The notes beneath the pieces are model-generated. The model saw only the letters and a program-made list of their open reading frames with translations. It ran no database searches and had not been told where the DNA came from. This document shows, one piece after another, positions 32,908 to 42,076 of a DNA stretch of 64,000 bases. The stretch's first letter is position 1; each line of letters opens with the position of its first letter. The position numbers and the translations under genes were made by a program. Origin of the DNA: Synechococcales cyanobacterium VAR_4_metabat_354 (GTDB taxonomy: Bacteria > Cyanobacteriota > Cyanobacteriia > Cyanobacteriales > Chamaesiphonaceae); contig JANOQI010000059.1 of NCBI GenBank assembly GCA_031414775.1, positions 1 to 64,000 of the forward strand, written 5' to 3'.

Positions 32908-33135
32908 CTAGGCGCTGTATTCAAGGGGTGATTCTTGATAGCAGCGCCGGTTCTCGTTGAATTCGATCGAGCATCGAATGTGAGCCAGCAGCAAGAGCAT
33001 GTTTTGTTCTTGCCTACGAAGTTTTCTTAGTCGCCATTCAGCAAATTGATGAAAAAATGCCGCCTGTTGGATCTTGGGTAATTTCAGTAGATCTTGGGCG
33101 GTGATTTTTTGGATGTAAAGGTATTCAGTGAGCAT
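32908..33135 (-). CDS. Small hypothetical protein (element)
   Basis: 75 aa ATG ORF upstream of the primase, same strand. Confidence 0.5.
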   Translation of the reverse strand: MLTEYLYIQKITAQDLLKLPKIQQAAFFHQFAEWRLRKLRRQEQNMLLLLAHIRCSIEFNENRRCYQESPLEYSA

Positions 33136-33350
33136 GATTCTAATGGGGATGCTTTGATTTTTTCAACAGCACCAGTTTCCAGGCTGTCATTACTGACAGC
33201 CGTTGTTTTCTGATGAGATAGCCAGCTAACCCGCTTGGCCTCAAAATTAAATTATCAAGGTTAATTCGGAGGCTAGGCACTGGTTAATATGCATATCTAT
33301 GTATACAATAAACATTAGTATGTATATTGGTCAAGTGTTTTCAAATACAC

Positions 33351-33641
33351 ATGGCTAAGGAGAAAAGAAAGGTGACTTTAAAGGTACTTCGGGCAATTAA
33401 TGGGAAAACGCAATCAGATATATCTGACGCACTCAAAAAAATGGGTCGGAACATTGAGCAATCACATGTATCTCTTTGGGAAAGAGGGGTACAAACGCCA
33501 ACTATTGAAGTGGCGATGGATCTAGCGATTGCTTATGATGTTGCACTTCTTGAGCTAATTGAGGCTCTAGGTTTTGATGTGAGCGTAACCAGGGAAATAG
33601 AATGGATTCAAAAAAACAGTAATAAAGTGGTACAAATGTAA
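33351..33641 (+). CDS. XRE-family HTH regulator (repressor candidate)
   Basis: LKVLR...KTQSDIS...QSHVSLWERG.QTP; divergent from the replication genes. Confidence 0.85.
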   Translation: MAKEKRKVTLKVLRAINGKTQSDISDALKKMGRNIEQSHVSLWERGVQTPTIEVAMDLAIAYDVALLELIEALGFDVSVTREIEWIQKNSNKVVQM

Positions 33642-33769
33642 GCTGAAATACCGAGTAAAAACACGGAAACAAAACATCATGAATAAAAAATAGCCAGTGC
33701 TTCCACCCTTTTAAATTAATGGAAGTACCGGCTATCACTGAAGGGTAAAACCATCAATGGACAATCAGA

Positions 33770-34171
33770 ATGCCAGAAACAGATAGCGATATAGGTTTAG
33801 GTATTTCCACATTTAAATATATTGTTTCCAAAGTCGAAGATTTTGCCACAATGCTAGATACGAGTGTTTTTATTTCCGCATCATTAACCGATGGCTCTCA
33901 TGACTTCAGAGGCTTTAAGCTCTCAGTTCCATTAAGAAATGGCTATGCAAGCATTGAGCTGAGTAGAAGTCCAAGCAAAATAACTTACTATGACAGCTCC
34001 AACACATCATTAGTAGAGGCAAAATTTCAGCACACACTTAATCTAAACCCAGATAATGTTAACCGTAATTTTGATGCAGCCTTCAGGGAAATTATTGCAG
34101 CTGATAAACAAAATATAGCGGTTCCGCCTCGAATGGAGTACATGCAAATTCTTGGCTGGACTGACTCGTAG
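33770..34171 (+). CDS. Hypothetical protein (element)
   Basis: 133 aa ATG ORF. Confidence 0.55.
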   Translation: MPETDSDIGLGISTFKYIVSKVEDFATMLDTSVFISASLTDGSHDFRGFKLSVPLRNGYASIELSRSPSKITYYDSSNTSLVEAKFQHTLNLNPDNVNRNFDAAFREIIAADKQNIAVPPRMEYMQILGWTDS

Positions 34172-34194
34172 CTGCTAAAAACATTGAATACTCG

Positions 34195-34563
34195 CTACTC
34201 TTGACCTTCCAATCCACTAATTCTGGTTCGATCGGCCTGATTATCTCTAATAATAATTTCCACCATTTGCTCTAACCTATCGATATTTCTGGTAGTTTCA
34301 GCAGACATCCGCAACGCGATCGCCGCCGTCTCTTGAGATTGTGAAGCTGTCTCCTGAGACTTAGCCGCCATCTGTTGAGTAACAGCTACCATCTGTTGAG
34401 CAATAGCCGCCATCTCCATGGCATCCGCCATCATCTGAGCATTAGAACCGATATTTTCTCGCTGACTCTCAATCGCCCTTAACTGGACTTCTGCGGTAGT
34501 CTGCAAACTGGCTATTGCTTCAGCATTCCTAGCAACCAAGGCTTGTAATTCTTCAGTAGTCAT
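34195..34563 (-). CDS. Coiled-coil hypothetical protein
   Basis: Heptad-rich (AQQMVAV TQQMAAK SQETASQ SQETAAI). Confidence 0.65.
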   Translation of the reverse strand: MTTEELQALVARNAEAIASLQTTAEVQLRAIESQRENIGSNAQMMADAMEMAAIAQQMVAVTQQMAAKSQETASQSQETAAIALRMSAETTRNIDRLEQMVEIIIRDNQADRTRISGLEGQE

Positions 34564-34666
34564 AGTGTTATCTTGTGATTAGTAATTGTTTGCTTCTTTC
34601 GCGCTGTTGTAAGCAGTCGATCGATCGAAACAGCCCCGGCCTTTACCTGCTGGGGCTGCTTCTATT

Positions 34667-36742
34667 CTAGGCTTTTTTCTTCAAAACATTGAAGGGGTTG
34701 AGTTTGGTCTTAGTTGGTTGAACCTTCGGCATCAAAACACCCAGCGCGATCGCCTGATTAATTTTGAGGGTACTAATCCCCCCGGTAACGCTCTCTTTCC
34801 CCTGCTGGTGGCCAAAATAAGGCACCTGCAACGACTTTTTAGCTACTGAATCCTTAAAAGTCAGATATTTTTGGGCTACTGGGGTTCCGATCGCCCCAAA
34901 TAATTCCCGCACTTCTGCACCCGTCACCAGGCTACTAATTTGGGTTCTGGTCACACTATCCCGCATTGAGCTAGCAATCTTCAGCGTTTCAATTTGGAGC
35001 GCCAGCAAGTCGGGGAATCCCTGCACCGAACCATCAGCCAGCTTTACCCGAATTTGGCTAGCATGTTGAACGCCCTGGGCAATATCCACCTGATCATGCA
35101 GCGCCTGAATCAGCTGGGGAATGTCATAAACCACATCATAGAGTTTTTGAAGCTTGCCCGATTTGGTGTAAGTATTGGGCAAATGGGGAATAACCAGGCC
35201 ACGTTTACCGAACTGATTCAGCGAATATTGAGATTTACCCCATTGCGGGTTAGTAAGGCGCTGACGGGCATATTTAGCCTTCTCCAGGTCATGATTTATT
35301 TCGCCCAAAGCGTTCGGTCGGTGGCCTAATAGATTTCCAGTTTTCTCGATCCAATAACCCAGCGTTGTAACCCGTGGCACATCTGGATCGAGTTCATTAA
35401 CCGCATACTTAGCAGCATCCAGAGCCGCATGGATTTCTAAAATTCTGGGGGAGTCCATAGTTAAGCTTCCAAATCCTAAACTTTCATCTGTACTTTCATC
35501 TGTTTTTGGTGCTTCAAAAAGCTGATATTCGTTGACGCTGAAAACTGGGTGATCGTCTGGTGGTATGTTTTTACTGATTGTAACTGTGCCATGATCCCAT
35601 CTGTCATTATTAGCCGCAATAATCCGGGTTACTGGTGCTGCTGGTGTCACTGTACTAACCATCGAAATTATATTACTAGGTGATGGAATTGCCTCATTAG
35701 GATCGCTGGTGGGTTGCGGGTAAAATCTGGTACTTTGTTGCGCTGTGGTGCCGTCAGCTGCTCGGAGGTTGTAACCTCTGCCCCTGGCTGGATAGTCACC
35801 GCCGGGGTGGTTGATTCTGCCCACATAAAAAGTGCTGGCGTAAGCATGACTAACACCAGGATTAGCCGGTGGCTCTAAGCGCGTTCTCAGCGATTCCCAG
35901 TACACCATTAGTCCGGGCAAGCCGTCAGTAAATAAATAAATGTGGGGATAATTACCGGGCAGGGCTGGACTAACCAGTAGCTCACCTTTGGTTATCTCAT
36001 CCACCAACAGAGTTCCAAGCACCGGATCTACTATGGGTAAAACATAGCCATCACCTTTAATAATATCTATTGTGCCTTGATGCCAATCCAAAGAAGCCAC
36101 TACATTAGGGTGATCCTCGTTAGGATTGCGGCGATAATAGCCCCACTTCACCCGCCGGGTACTAGTGGCCACACATTTGATCAAGGCTGGCCTAACCCGC
36201 TGGTCAGCCATAAAGCCAGCCCATAAATTTTGATAACTGGGATGTGGATCAGCTGCCCAGCCCTCAATTCTTCCAATTGATGACCACCAAATTCTGATTT
36301 TAGAATTTTTAGCTGGGTATGCCTTAGCTATTTCTTCAAAGTTAAAATTAATCTTTCCAAGTGGCGAAAAGCTTTGATAGGAAACACATCTAGGCGTTGT
36401 TCTCAATGCGTCACCAGGGTAAAAGGGGATAGCGTTACCGCCTTCGGATTGAGTGTATGGAGTCGCAACATCAGTGTATGGTCCACTCTGCACATCGTAA
36501 AAAATATAGGGTGGTGCGAATGGGTCTATTTCGTAATCGTAAGGATATGCATCGCTAATTTGATAGCGCGATAGATACCCCGGTACCGATGCATAAAATT
36601 CTCCATTCTGGTGAGTAGTCAGGCTTGTATCGTAATGACAATCATCAATTATCAGGCTGTAAATTTGATAATTGTCAATTCTTGCCCAAACCGAGTTAAA
36701 TTCCCGGCTAATATTCCGGTCATTCAGCAATAAATTAAACAT
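34667..36742 (-). CDS. Large hypothetical protein (putative virion/host-recognition protein)
   Basis: 691 aa, last gene of the leftward lysis/structural operon; Tyr/Pro/Gly-rich N-part, helical C-part. Confidence 0.6.
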   Translation of the reverse strand: MFNLLLNDRNISREFNSVWARIDNYQIYSLIIDDCHYDTSLTTHQNGEFYASVPGYLSRYQISDAYPYDYEIDPFAPPYIFYDVQSGPYTDVATPYTQSEGGNAIPFYPGDALRTTPRCVSYQSFSPLGKINFNFEEIAKAYPAKNSKIRIWWSSIGRIEGWAADPHPSYQNLWAGFMADQRVRPALIKCVATSTRRVKWGYYRRNPNEDHPNVVASLDWHQGTIDIIKGDGYVLPIVDPVLGTLLVDEITKGELLVSPALPGNYPHIYLFTDGLPGLMVYWESLRTRLEPPANPGVSHAYASTFYVGRINHPGGDYPARGRGYNLRAADGTTAQQSTRFYPQPTSDPNEAIPSPSNIISMVSTVTPAAPVTRIIAANNDRWDHGTVTISKNIPPDDHPVFSVNEYQLFEAPKTDESTDESLGFGSLTMDSPRILEIHAALDAAKYAVNELDPDVPRVTTLGYWIEKTGNLLGHRPNALGEINHDLEKAKYARQRLTNPQWGKSQYSLNQFGKRGLVIPHLPNTYTKSGKLQKLYDVVYDIPQLIQALHDQVDIAQGVQHASQIRVKLADGSVQGFPDLLALQIETLKIASSMRDSVTRTQISSLVTGAEVRELFGAIGTPVAQKYLTFKDSVAKKSLQVPYFGHQQGKESVTGGISTLKINQAIALGVLMPKVQPTKTKLNPFNVLKKKA

Positions 36743-36805
36743 AAAAAAACCGTTATCAGTTTGATTGATAACGGCAAAATATCAGGGTAAATACTCTGTC
36801 TGGAG

Positions 36806-37600
36806 CTACATCGTTACAGGATCACCACCACCCGCGCCAATCTTAGCTAATTGTAAATCATCACTCGTTGGAATATATTCAGTCGCTGACAAATTCAAAG
36901 TGATTTTTTTACAAGGTACCTTAACACCAGTAGTCAAAGTAAACATCGTATTTTCCACGATTGCCCCGGCTCCCAGTGCTAGCGCCTGTTCATATAAATA
37001 TTGCTCAATGGTCAGCGCTGAATGTGTAGTGTCTGTAGTGGGAGTAGCACTTGCTAATTCTCCAACCCAAGCACTGGCCTGTAAGGCCGCTGGAGTAATT
37101 TCTAAAACGCTAGAAATATTATTAGTGGGGGCACCCAGTAACATCGGACCGGTGGAAACTGGCAGGTAAGCAACTACACCGATCGCGGTTTCAGTTTTGG
37201 CGATCGATACTGCTTCACCCCAGCCCGGAAGGGGAATAATCGCCGGACTAGACAGAGCGGCTACAGCGGCTACGGCTGCCTGTGCCAAAATTTCAGCAGT
37301 GGCGGGTTTAGCGGGGAAAGCCGGAACAGCAGCACCAGCGGCAAACGCTGGAGAGCCAGGAAATAAAGCATTAGCAGCGATTGCCGGATTAGCAGCATTC
37401 GCCGCAATTGCCGCAGAAGCAGCCCGGCCAGCAAACGCCGGAACACCCACCACCGCAGCTTTAGCGGCTACCGCTTTTCGGATCATCACTGCTGGGGATT
37501 GGCGCAAGCCAGCATAGAGCAAACTAGCAGCATAGAGCGCTTTTTGCTCAATGTTGGTAAAGCCGATTTTGTTGAGAACTGCAATAGGTGAGAGTTTCAT
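36806..37600 (-). CDS. Ala/Pro-repeat protein (putative minor capsid/spike)
   Basis: 264 aa; 25 A-x-A/P-type triplets; two IEQ-led helices; AGGA RBS. Confidence 0.6.
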   Translation of the reverse strand: MKLSPIAVLNKIGFTNIEQKALYAASLLYAGLRQSPAVMIRKAVAAKAAVVGVPAFAGRAASAAIAANAANPAIAANALFPGSPAFAAGAAVPAFPAKPATAEILAQAAVAAVAALSSPAIIPLPGWGEAVSIAKTETAIGVVAYLPVSTGPMLLGAPTNNISSVLEITPAALQASAWVGELASATPTTDTTHSALTIEQYLYEQALALGAGAIVENTMFTLTTGVKVPCKKITLNLSATEYIPTSDDLQLAKIGAGGGDPVTM

Positions 37601-37632
37601 GTATTCCTTTAGTAATTTTGATGAGAGTTGGT

Positions 37633-38226
37633 TTATTTCCAGCCATTAATGGGAGATTGATCCATCTTGAAGCTGGTGCGATCGCCAAAAACGCCATCTA
37701 CAGTTAGTAAATCCTTAGGGTTATTGGCGTTCCAAAGCTGTTGGAAAGCTGATATTTGAAGGCTGGCAATATCTTGACGGCAATCCCAAAAATCATAATG
37801 CGGATAATCCCAAGCTCCGAGACGTTTCCAGCCATAGATACTTAGAGTTGTTTGCCACGGATCAGGATATTTTAGATCCAGCGCCGCACCGCGTTCATGA
37901 TTGCTGCTGCCAGGTTTAGCACAGGCGGTGATGCCACATGAACCATTTTCAAATTGTCGCCGTAGAATGTGCTGCTGAACGGTCGTTCTTAAACAGCTAT
38001 TGATAGTAATGGTGTCGTTCTTAGAGGTAGCGGCCTGAATTAATCGATCCGCTGCTTTCGGCTGTAAGTATAAATTACAAGCATTACTTGCTGGGATTAT
38101 CAGCTCATGATTGACCTTTACTAATACCGGTTCTTCCACCATTCGATTCATTTTTGCAATCAACTGATCGCTTAACCCCTTGGCCAGCCCAGTATCACAG
38201 CGATTGATAATATCTCTGACTAGCAT
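37633..38226 (-). CDS. Endolysin: peptidase M15 (D-Ala-D-Ala carboxypeptidase-like) with peptidoglycan-binding C-terminus
   Basis: S.LR...QQ, PGSSNHERG.ALD, DYPHYD zinc ligands; LTVDGVFG.RT PG-binding motif. Confidence 0.85.
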   Translation of the reverse strand: MLVRDIINRCDTGLAKGLSDQLIAKMNRMVEEPVLVKVNHELIIPASNACNLYLQPKAADRLIQAATSKNDTITINSCLRTTVQQHILRRQFENGSCGITACAKPGSSNHERGAALDLKYPDPWQTTLSIYGWKRLGAWDYPHYDFWDCRQDIASLQISAFQQLWNANNPKDLLTVDGVFGDRTSFKMDQSPINGWK

Positions 38227-38469
38227 TTATTGGATTTTAGTAATTTGGTCGATTTTTTCAATATCCGTTGTGGTCGGCTTGTGGGCGATTTTTTTTACCT
38301 GCGAATTCACAGCGAATCTGCTGCCCAGTAGAGCTAACAAAGCACCGAAAGCCACGCTTGCGAATTGTATAGCGGCGGGTTTGTATTCGGGTGAAGTAAA
38401 ACCCAAGTAAAAAACACCAACCGGCAACGCATAGAGCAATGGGATAATTAACCATTTTTCAATGTCCAT
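38227..38469 (-). CDS. Putative holin
   Basis: 80 aa, two TM helices, charged C-tail, stop abuts the endolysin start. Confidence 0.65.
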   Translation of the reverse strand: MDIEKWLIIPLLYALPVGVFYLGFTSPEYKPAAIQFASVAFGALLALLGSRFAVNSQVKKIAHKPTTTDIEKIDQITKIQ

Positions 38470-38504
38470 CTAGGTTTGTATGGTCACGCTCAAATTTTTG
38501 CTAA

Positions 38505-39257
38505 TTAGTTATAACTAAACTGAGTGATTTTCGCGTTTCCTGATGGAGTAGGGCCAGCCCAAACCCCCAAAACTCTTCCCTCATAATCAGCTGGAATATC
38601 TAAAGTTCCTGGTTGGCTTCCAGAAGCAGCAGGGACAAAATCAAAATCAGTGGAAACAGTAGGGGGAACCGTTTCCGAAAAACTGACATATAGAATTTTA
38701 TTCGAGTAGTTGCGAATGGTGCTATTTGGCGCTCTTAGCGCATTAGCTGCTAATAATTCTACTGATGTAACAGTGGCTGGAATAGTAACAACTGGGTTCT
38801 GAGTTGTACCATTTGATCGACTTTCGCCTGATGGATAACCGGGACTTGGTGCCATTTGATAATTCTGTTGGTTGTTTAAATAACTGATGGGATACAGATA
38901 CTCAGAAATTTGCAGCTGTGTAACTGGTAATTTTTGTTGGAGTTCGATCGAATATGACAGCCCGTTAAAACCTGGGGTAATAAATTGGGCTGTTTTTAGT
39001 CGATCGATCTCTACTTCAAGGTCAACTGGAGGAAGTTTTCCCACGCCAGTCAGAGCGGTAAGGCGGATAATTCCGCGATCACTGTCTGGCTGACTGGCCA
39101 GCGGTACACGCCCAATGGGAGACCATTTAATCATCAACAGGCCAGCCGAAAATTCGGGCAAAAGCTTTACAAACTTTTTGCCGGTGATGTTGATGATCGG
39201 ATGGTGCAGATAGTTGGCATTATCATAAATACCAACATCATTGGGAATGGTAAGCAT
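38505..39257 (-). CDS. Hypothetical protein, beta-rich (putative virion protein)
   Basis: 250 aa; C-terminal SVELLAAN..R....IRN.S.K.LYV beta-sandwich-like segment. Confidence 0.55.
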   Translation of the reverse strand: MLTIPNDVGIYDNANYLHHPIINITGKKFVKLLPEFSAGLLMIKWSPIGRVPLASQPDSDRGIIRLTALTGVGKLPPVDLEVEIDRLKTAQFITPGFNGLSYSIELQQKLPVTQLQISEYLYPISYLNNQQNYQMAPSPGYPSGESRSNGTTQNPVVTIPATVTSVELLAANALRAPNSTIRNYSNKILYVSFSETVPPTVSTDFDFVPAASGSQPGTLDIPADYEGRVLGVWAGPTPSGNAKITQFSYN

Positions 39258-39261
39258 CTAG

Positions 39262-39849
39262 CTATTTAGCGGCTCCAGCGCCACCCATTGCGCGATTGTA
39301 GTTAATCAAGAATTGCTGCTGACCAACTTGAACAAGCCCAGCTGGTTTAGAAAATTGCTTGACGAAATACACCACATCCAAAAAATTAGCATCAGCGGGA
39401 ACAGAAATGGTTAACCAAGCTCGAACCTGTTTCTTAGTGCTATCACCACCACGATTAAGCCCCTTGCTACCTTTGTTCAACTTTTTAGCGCGATCTTGTA
39501 TCTTGTACCCGTAAGAGACGCGAGCGGATTTCGTTTTTTTGAAACTAATACCGCTACCCTCTGCGCTTAAAGTGCCTTCGGGCGGTTTTTTAATCCCGCA
39601 TTTTTGGATAGTGCTTTTTTGTACTCTGATCCAAGTTTTGGTGCCATTTACATAAGTAAACAAAACCGGGGCATATACTAACGCACCTGACGTAATGCTT
39701 CTTTTCTTTAGCTGATTTCCAGCCTTTGCCCGTTTGCGGTTAGCTTCAGCCCGTGCTTTAGCGACGCTCTCCAAGGTTAGCTGTTGACTATTATTAGCAG
39801 CTTCTTTATCCCCCGGTGACGGTTCGATCAGCCCTTTACTACCTGCCAT
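39262..39849 (-). CDS. Highly basic hypothetical protein
   Basis: 195 aa, Lys/Arg-rich; GGAG RBS. Confidence 0.6.
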   Translation of the reverse strand: MAGSKGLIEPSPGDKEAANNSQQLTLESVAKARAEANRKRAKAGNQLKKRSITSGALVYAPVLFTYVNGTKTWIRVQKSTIQKCGIKKPPEGTLSAEGSGISFKKTKSARVSYGYKIQDRAKKLNKGSKGLNRGGDSTKKQVRAWLTISVPADANFLDVVYFVKQFSKPAGLVQVGQQQFLINYNRAMGGAGAAK

Positions 39850-39904
39850 GTTATCGATCTCCCTGTAATTGTTTTATTTTCCGAAGACTGTAATGATCAA
39901 ACAA

Positions 39905-40471
39905 TTAAGCGATTAAGCCTTCTTGCATGTCCAAGAATACAGGGTAGTTAATGCCGTCTTTGCGTACTTGGCCAGTTGCATCAACAACAGTGTTATACGG
40001 CAAGGTAAAGCCGATCGCCCATTCAGCATTAGTATAGTTATCTTCGTAAGTAACCAAGCCTTGGGGGCTATTGATAATGATGTTAGCTCTCAACTTGTCG
40101 TTGACGTAAGACATAATCCGAGTCATGTACTCAAAAGCATCTAACAAGGATTCAAGACCAGCTAATTCACCAGTAGTTGGGACAATCCAGGCAGTAGCTT
40201 CTTTGATGTAATCACGCGCTTTTTTACCAGCGGCGGTGATTGCGTAAGGGATCTGAATCCCAAAGGTCGCCGTACTATCATCATCGTTAAATGCAAGCCC
40301 TGACACTGGATAAGGAACCGTGGGGTTTTCTTGGTTGTATTCTAGGATGGCCGCATGTAAAAGACTGGCACACTCAAAATAGGCGGCCACGCGAGTTTCA
40401 GACTTGATGATTGCATCACCGGGATCGAAAGTTTGAAAACGAGTATTGCCAATAGGTAGAACTAAAGCCAT
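39905..40471 (-). CDS. Hypothetical protein with internal duplication (major capsid candidate)
   Basis: 188 aa; two halves ending ...IQIPY...DYI and ...FTLPY...INYP; first gene of the leftward operon. Confidence 0.55.
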   Translation of the reverse strand: MALVLPIGNTRFQTFDPGDAIIKSETRVAAYFECASLLHAAILEYNQENPTVPYPVSGLAFNDDDSTATFGIQIPYAITAAGKKARDYIKEATAWIVPTTGELAGLESLLDAFEYMTRIMSYVNDKLRANIIINSPQGLVTYEDNYTNAEWAIGFTLPYNTVVDATGQVRKDGINYPVFLDMQEGLIA

Positions 40472-40592
40472 GATTATTGATTAATGTTGGAGTACTATTA
40501 ATCTCAGCATTTATCTCTAGAATTGCATAATCAATATTTCCGCTGTTGCTATAGCGCCAGCAATATCAATCACCAATTAGCTAGTATTTTGA

Positions 40593-41522
40593 ATGACAGC
40601 CTATTCTGAAAGTATTTTCAACTCAGTGGCTGGCCATGTGCAGCAAATCGCACTAGCCGCAATTTTGCAGCAAGAAGCTAACCGGGATTATGTACCCGAT
40701 CCATTGGCTACCGACTTCACTCGAAATGCTGTTTCCTGGCAAGTGGTAGCCGATACAACTCAGGCTAATGCTGAGAGCGATCGCTTTGGCTATTTAGAAA
40801 TTTCGGTGACGATGCCACTGCTAAATGATTCCCCGCTGCTAAACAAAAACAATCTGTATCAGCGGGTCGGAACCATTAACAACACTGATATTGCGAGTTT
40901 AAGCCTTGCCAGGGAATCCACCTTTGCATCAGTGGGAGCCTTAGCACCTAATCCAACAAATCCTAATAGTGTTCCTGGTGGCACATATCCAGGGACTGCA
41001 AACGACACCTTAGAGCGGCGGTTAGCTTGGCTACTTTCTACTTTGTTGGCCAAATATACTTATGTAAAACGTTGGAATTATTGGGCTTCACAACTTTGGT
41101 CGTATTGCGATCCAATAAATGCAGGAAACTTTTTTTTTGATGCTAATCAAAGTGTAATAAGTCAGTTTGATTATTTTGGAATAGATGGCGCTTTAGCTGT
41201 TTTACGGCGTATGGGTGAGATTTCAATTAAATTAGCAGACCGTCCCAATCAAGATTATGAAACTATATTTCAAGAATTAATAACGGCGGTAGATGACTTA
41301 ACATATCAATTTACTGCTATAGATCTTGATATTAATTACAGTGATAGCAGCTCAAGCAGTGATATTACTTCGGCAACTGGGGAAGAGAATTTCTATGATC
41401 CATCTGGTGAAAGAGATAGTAATTCACAAGATTCTGATAATCCAGCATCACCAAGCGGCAATAATAGCGCTGATGGGGCTACTGGAAATGAATCACCCGA
41501 CAATAGTCTCAGTGATTGCTAA
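40593..41522 (+). CDS. Hypothetical protein with acidic Ser/Asp-rich tail
   Basis: 309 aa; LEISVTMPL and DTLERRL motifs; low-complexity C-terminus. Confidence 0.6.
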   Translation: MTAYSESIFNSVAGHVQQIALAAILQQEANRDYVPDPLATDFTRNAVSWQVVADTTQANAESDRFGYLEISVTMPLLNDSPLLNKNNLYQRVGTINNTDIASLSLARESTFASVGALAPNPTNPNSVPGGTYPGTANDTLERRLAWLLSTLLAKYTYVKRWNYWASQLWSYCDPINAGNFFFDANQSVISQFDYFGIDGALAVLRRMGEISIKLADRPNQDYETIFQELITAVDDLTYQFTAIDLDINYSDSSSSSDITSATGEENFYDPSGERDSNSQDSDNPASPSGNNSADGATGNESPDNSLSDC

Positions 41523-41534
41523 CAGAAAAAAATT

Positions 41535-41771
41535 ATGGACATTAATTTTCCGCGTACCATTCCACTAAATTCAGTATTTGATATCAGTTGTAATGTCTCA
41601 ATTAATTCTGAAACAGCTCTGGTGAATTGGTTATTGCTAATACCTATTGATAAAGAAAAATATTTAGCAGGCAAAAGCATTATTGAATGTATTCCTGAAT
41701 GTTTTCCAGATATCAACAGCAATACTATTAGTGATTATGTTGGAAATATTACTCAAGTTCCTATTTCATAA
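41535..41771 (+). CDS. Small hypothetical protein (element)
   Basis: 78 aa; TAATG overlap with the next ORF. Confidence 0.5.
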   Translation: MDINFPRTIPLNSVFDISCNVSINSETALVNWLLLIPIDKEKYLAGKSIIECIPECFPDINSNTISDYVGNITQVPIS

Positions 41772-42076
41772 TGGATATTTTTAAGCGCGATCGTCATAAT
41801 TATTGGAATCGACATATCAATAAAATCTATATGACGGGCAGTTTCAATCAAAATAATATTTTATTAACCCATCAATACGCCCGTGATTTGTTACTACTGC
41901 TCCAAGAACTAAAAGGCAATGAAGGGCATTTGCTCTATGTTGGTGATTTGGATTTTATCCCCATTGATACAACGGACATGGCGGCGGCTAGGTTTGTCTT
42001 GAACCAGTTTTTTCAGTCGATCGATTCAACACACAGAATCATTATGAGTGGCGGGGGGATAGCTTACAATGCCTGA
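41771..42076 (+). CDS. Small hypothetical protein (element)
   Basis: 101 aa; overlaps neighbours on both sides. Confidence 0.55.
   Translation: MDIFKRDRHNYWNRHINKIYMTGSFNQNNILLTHQYARDLLLLLQELKGNEGHLLYVGDLDFIPIDTTDMAAARFVLNQFFQSIDSTHRIIMSGGGIAYNA

Noticed and set aside
34631..34658. Terminator for the element's leftward operon
   Set aside because: The hairpin is real, but it has an A·C mismatch and only a short U-tract on the relevant strand; left uncalled
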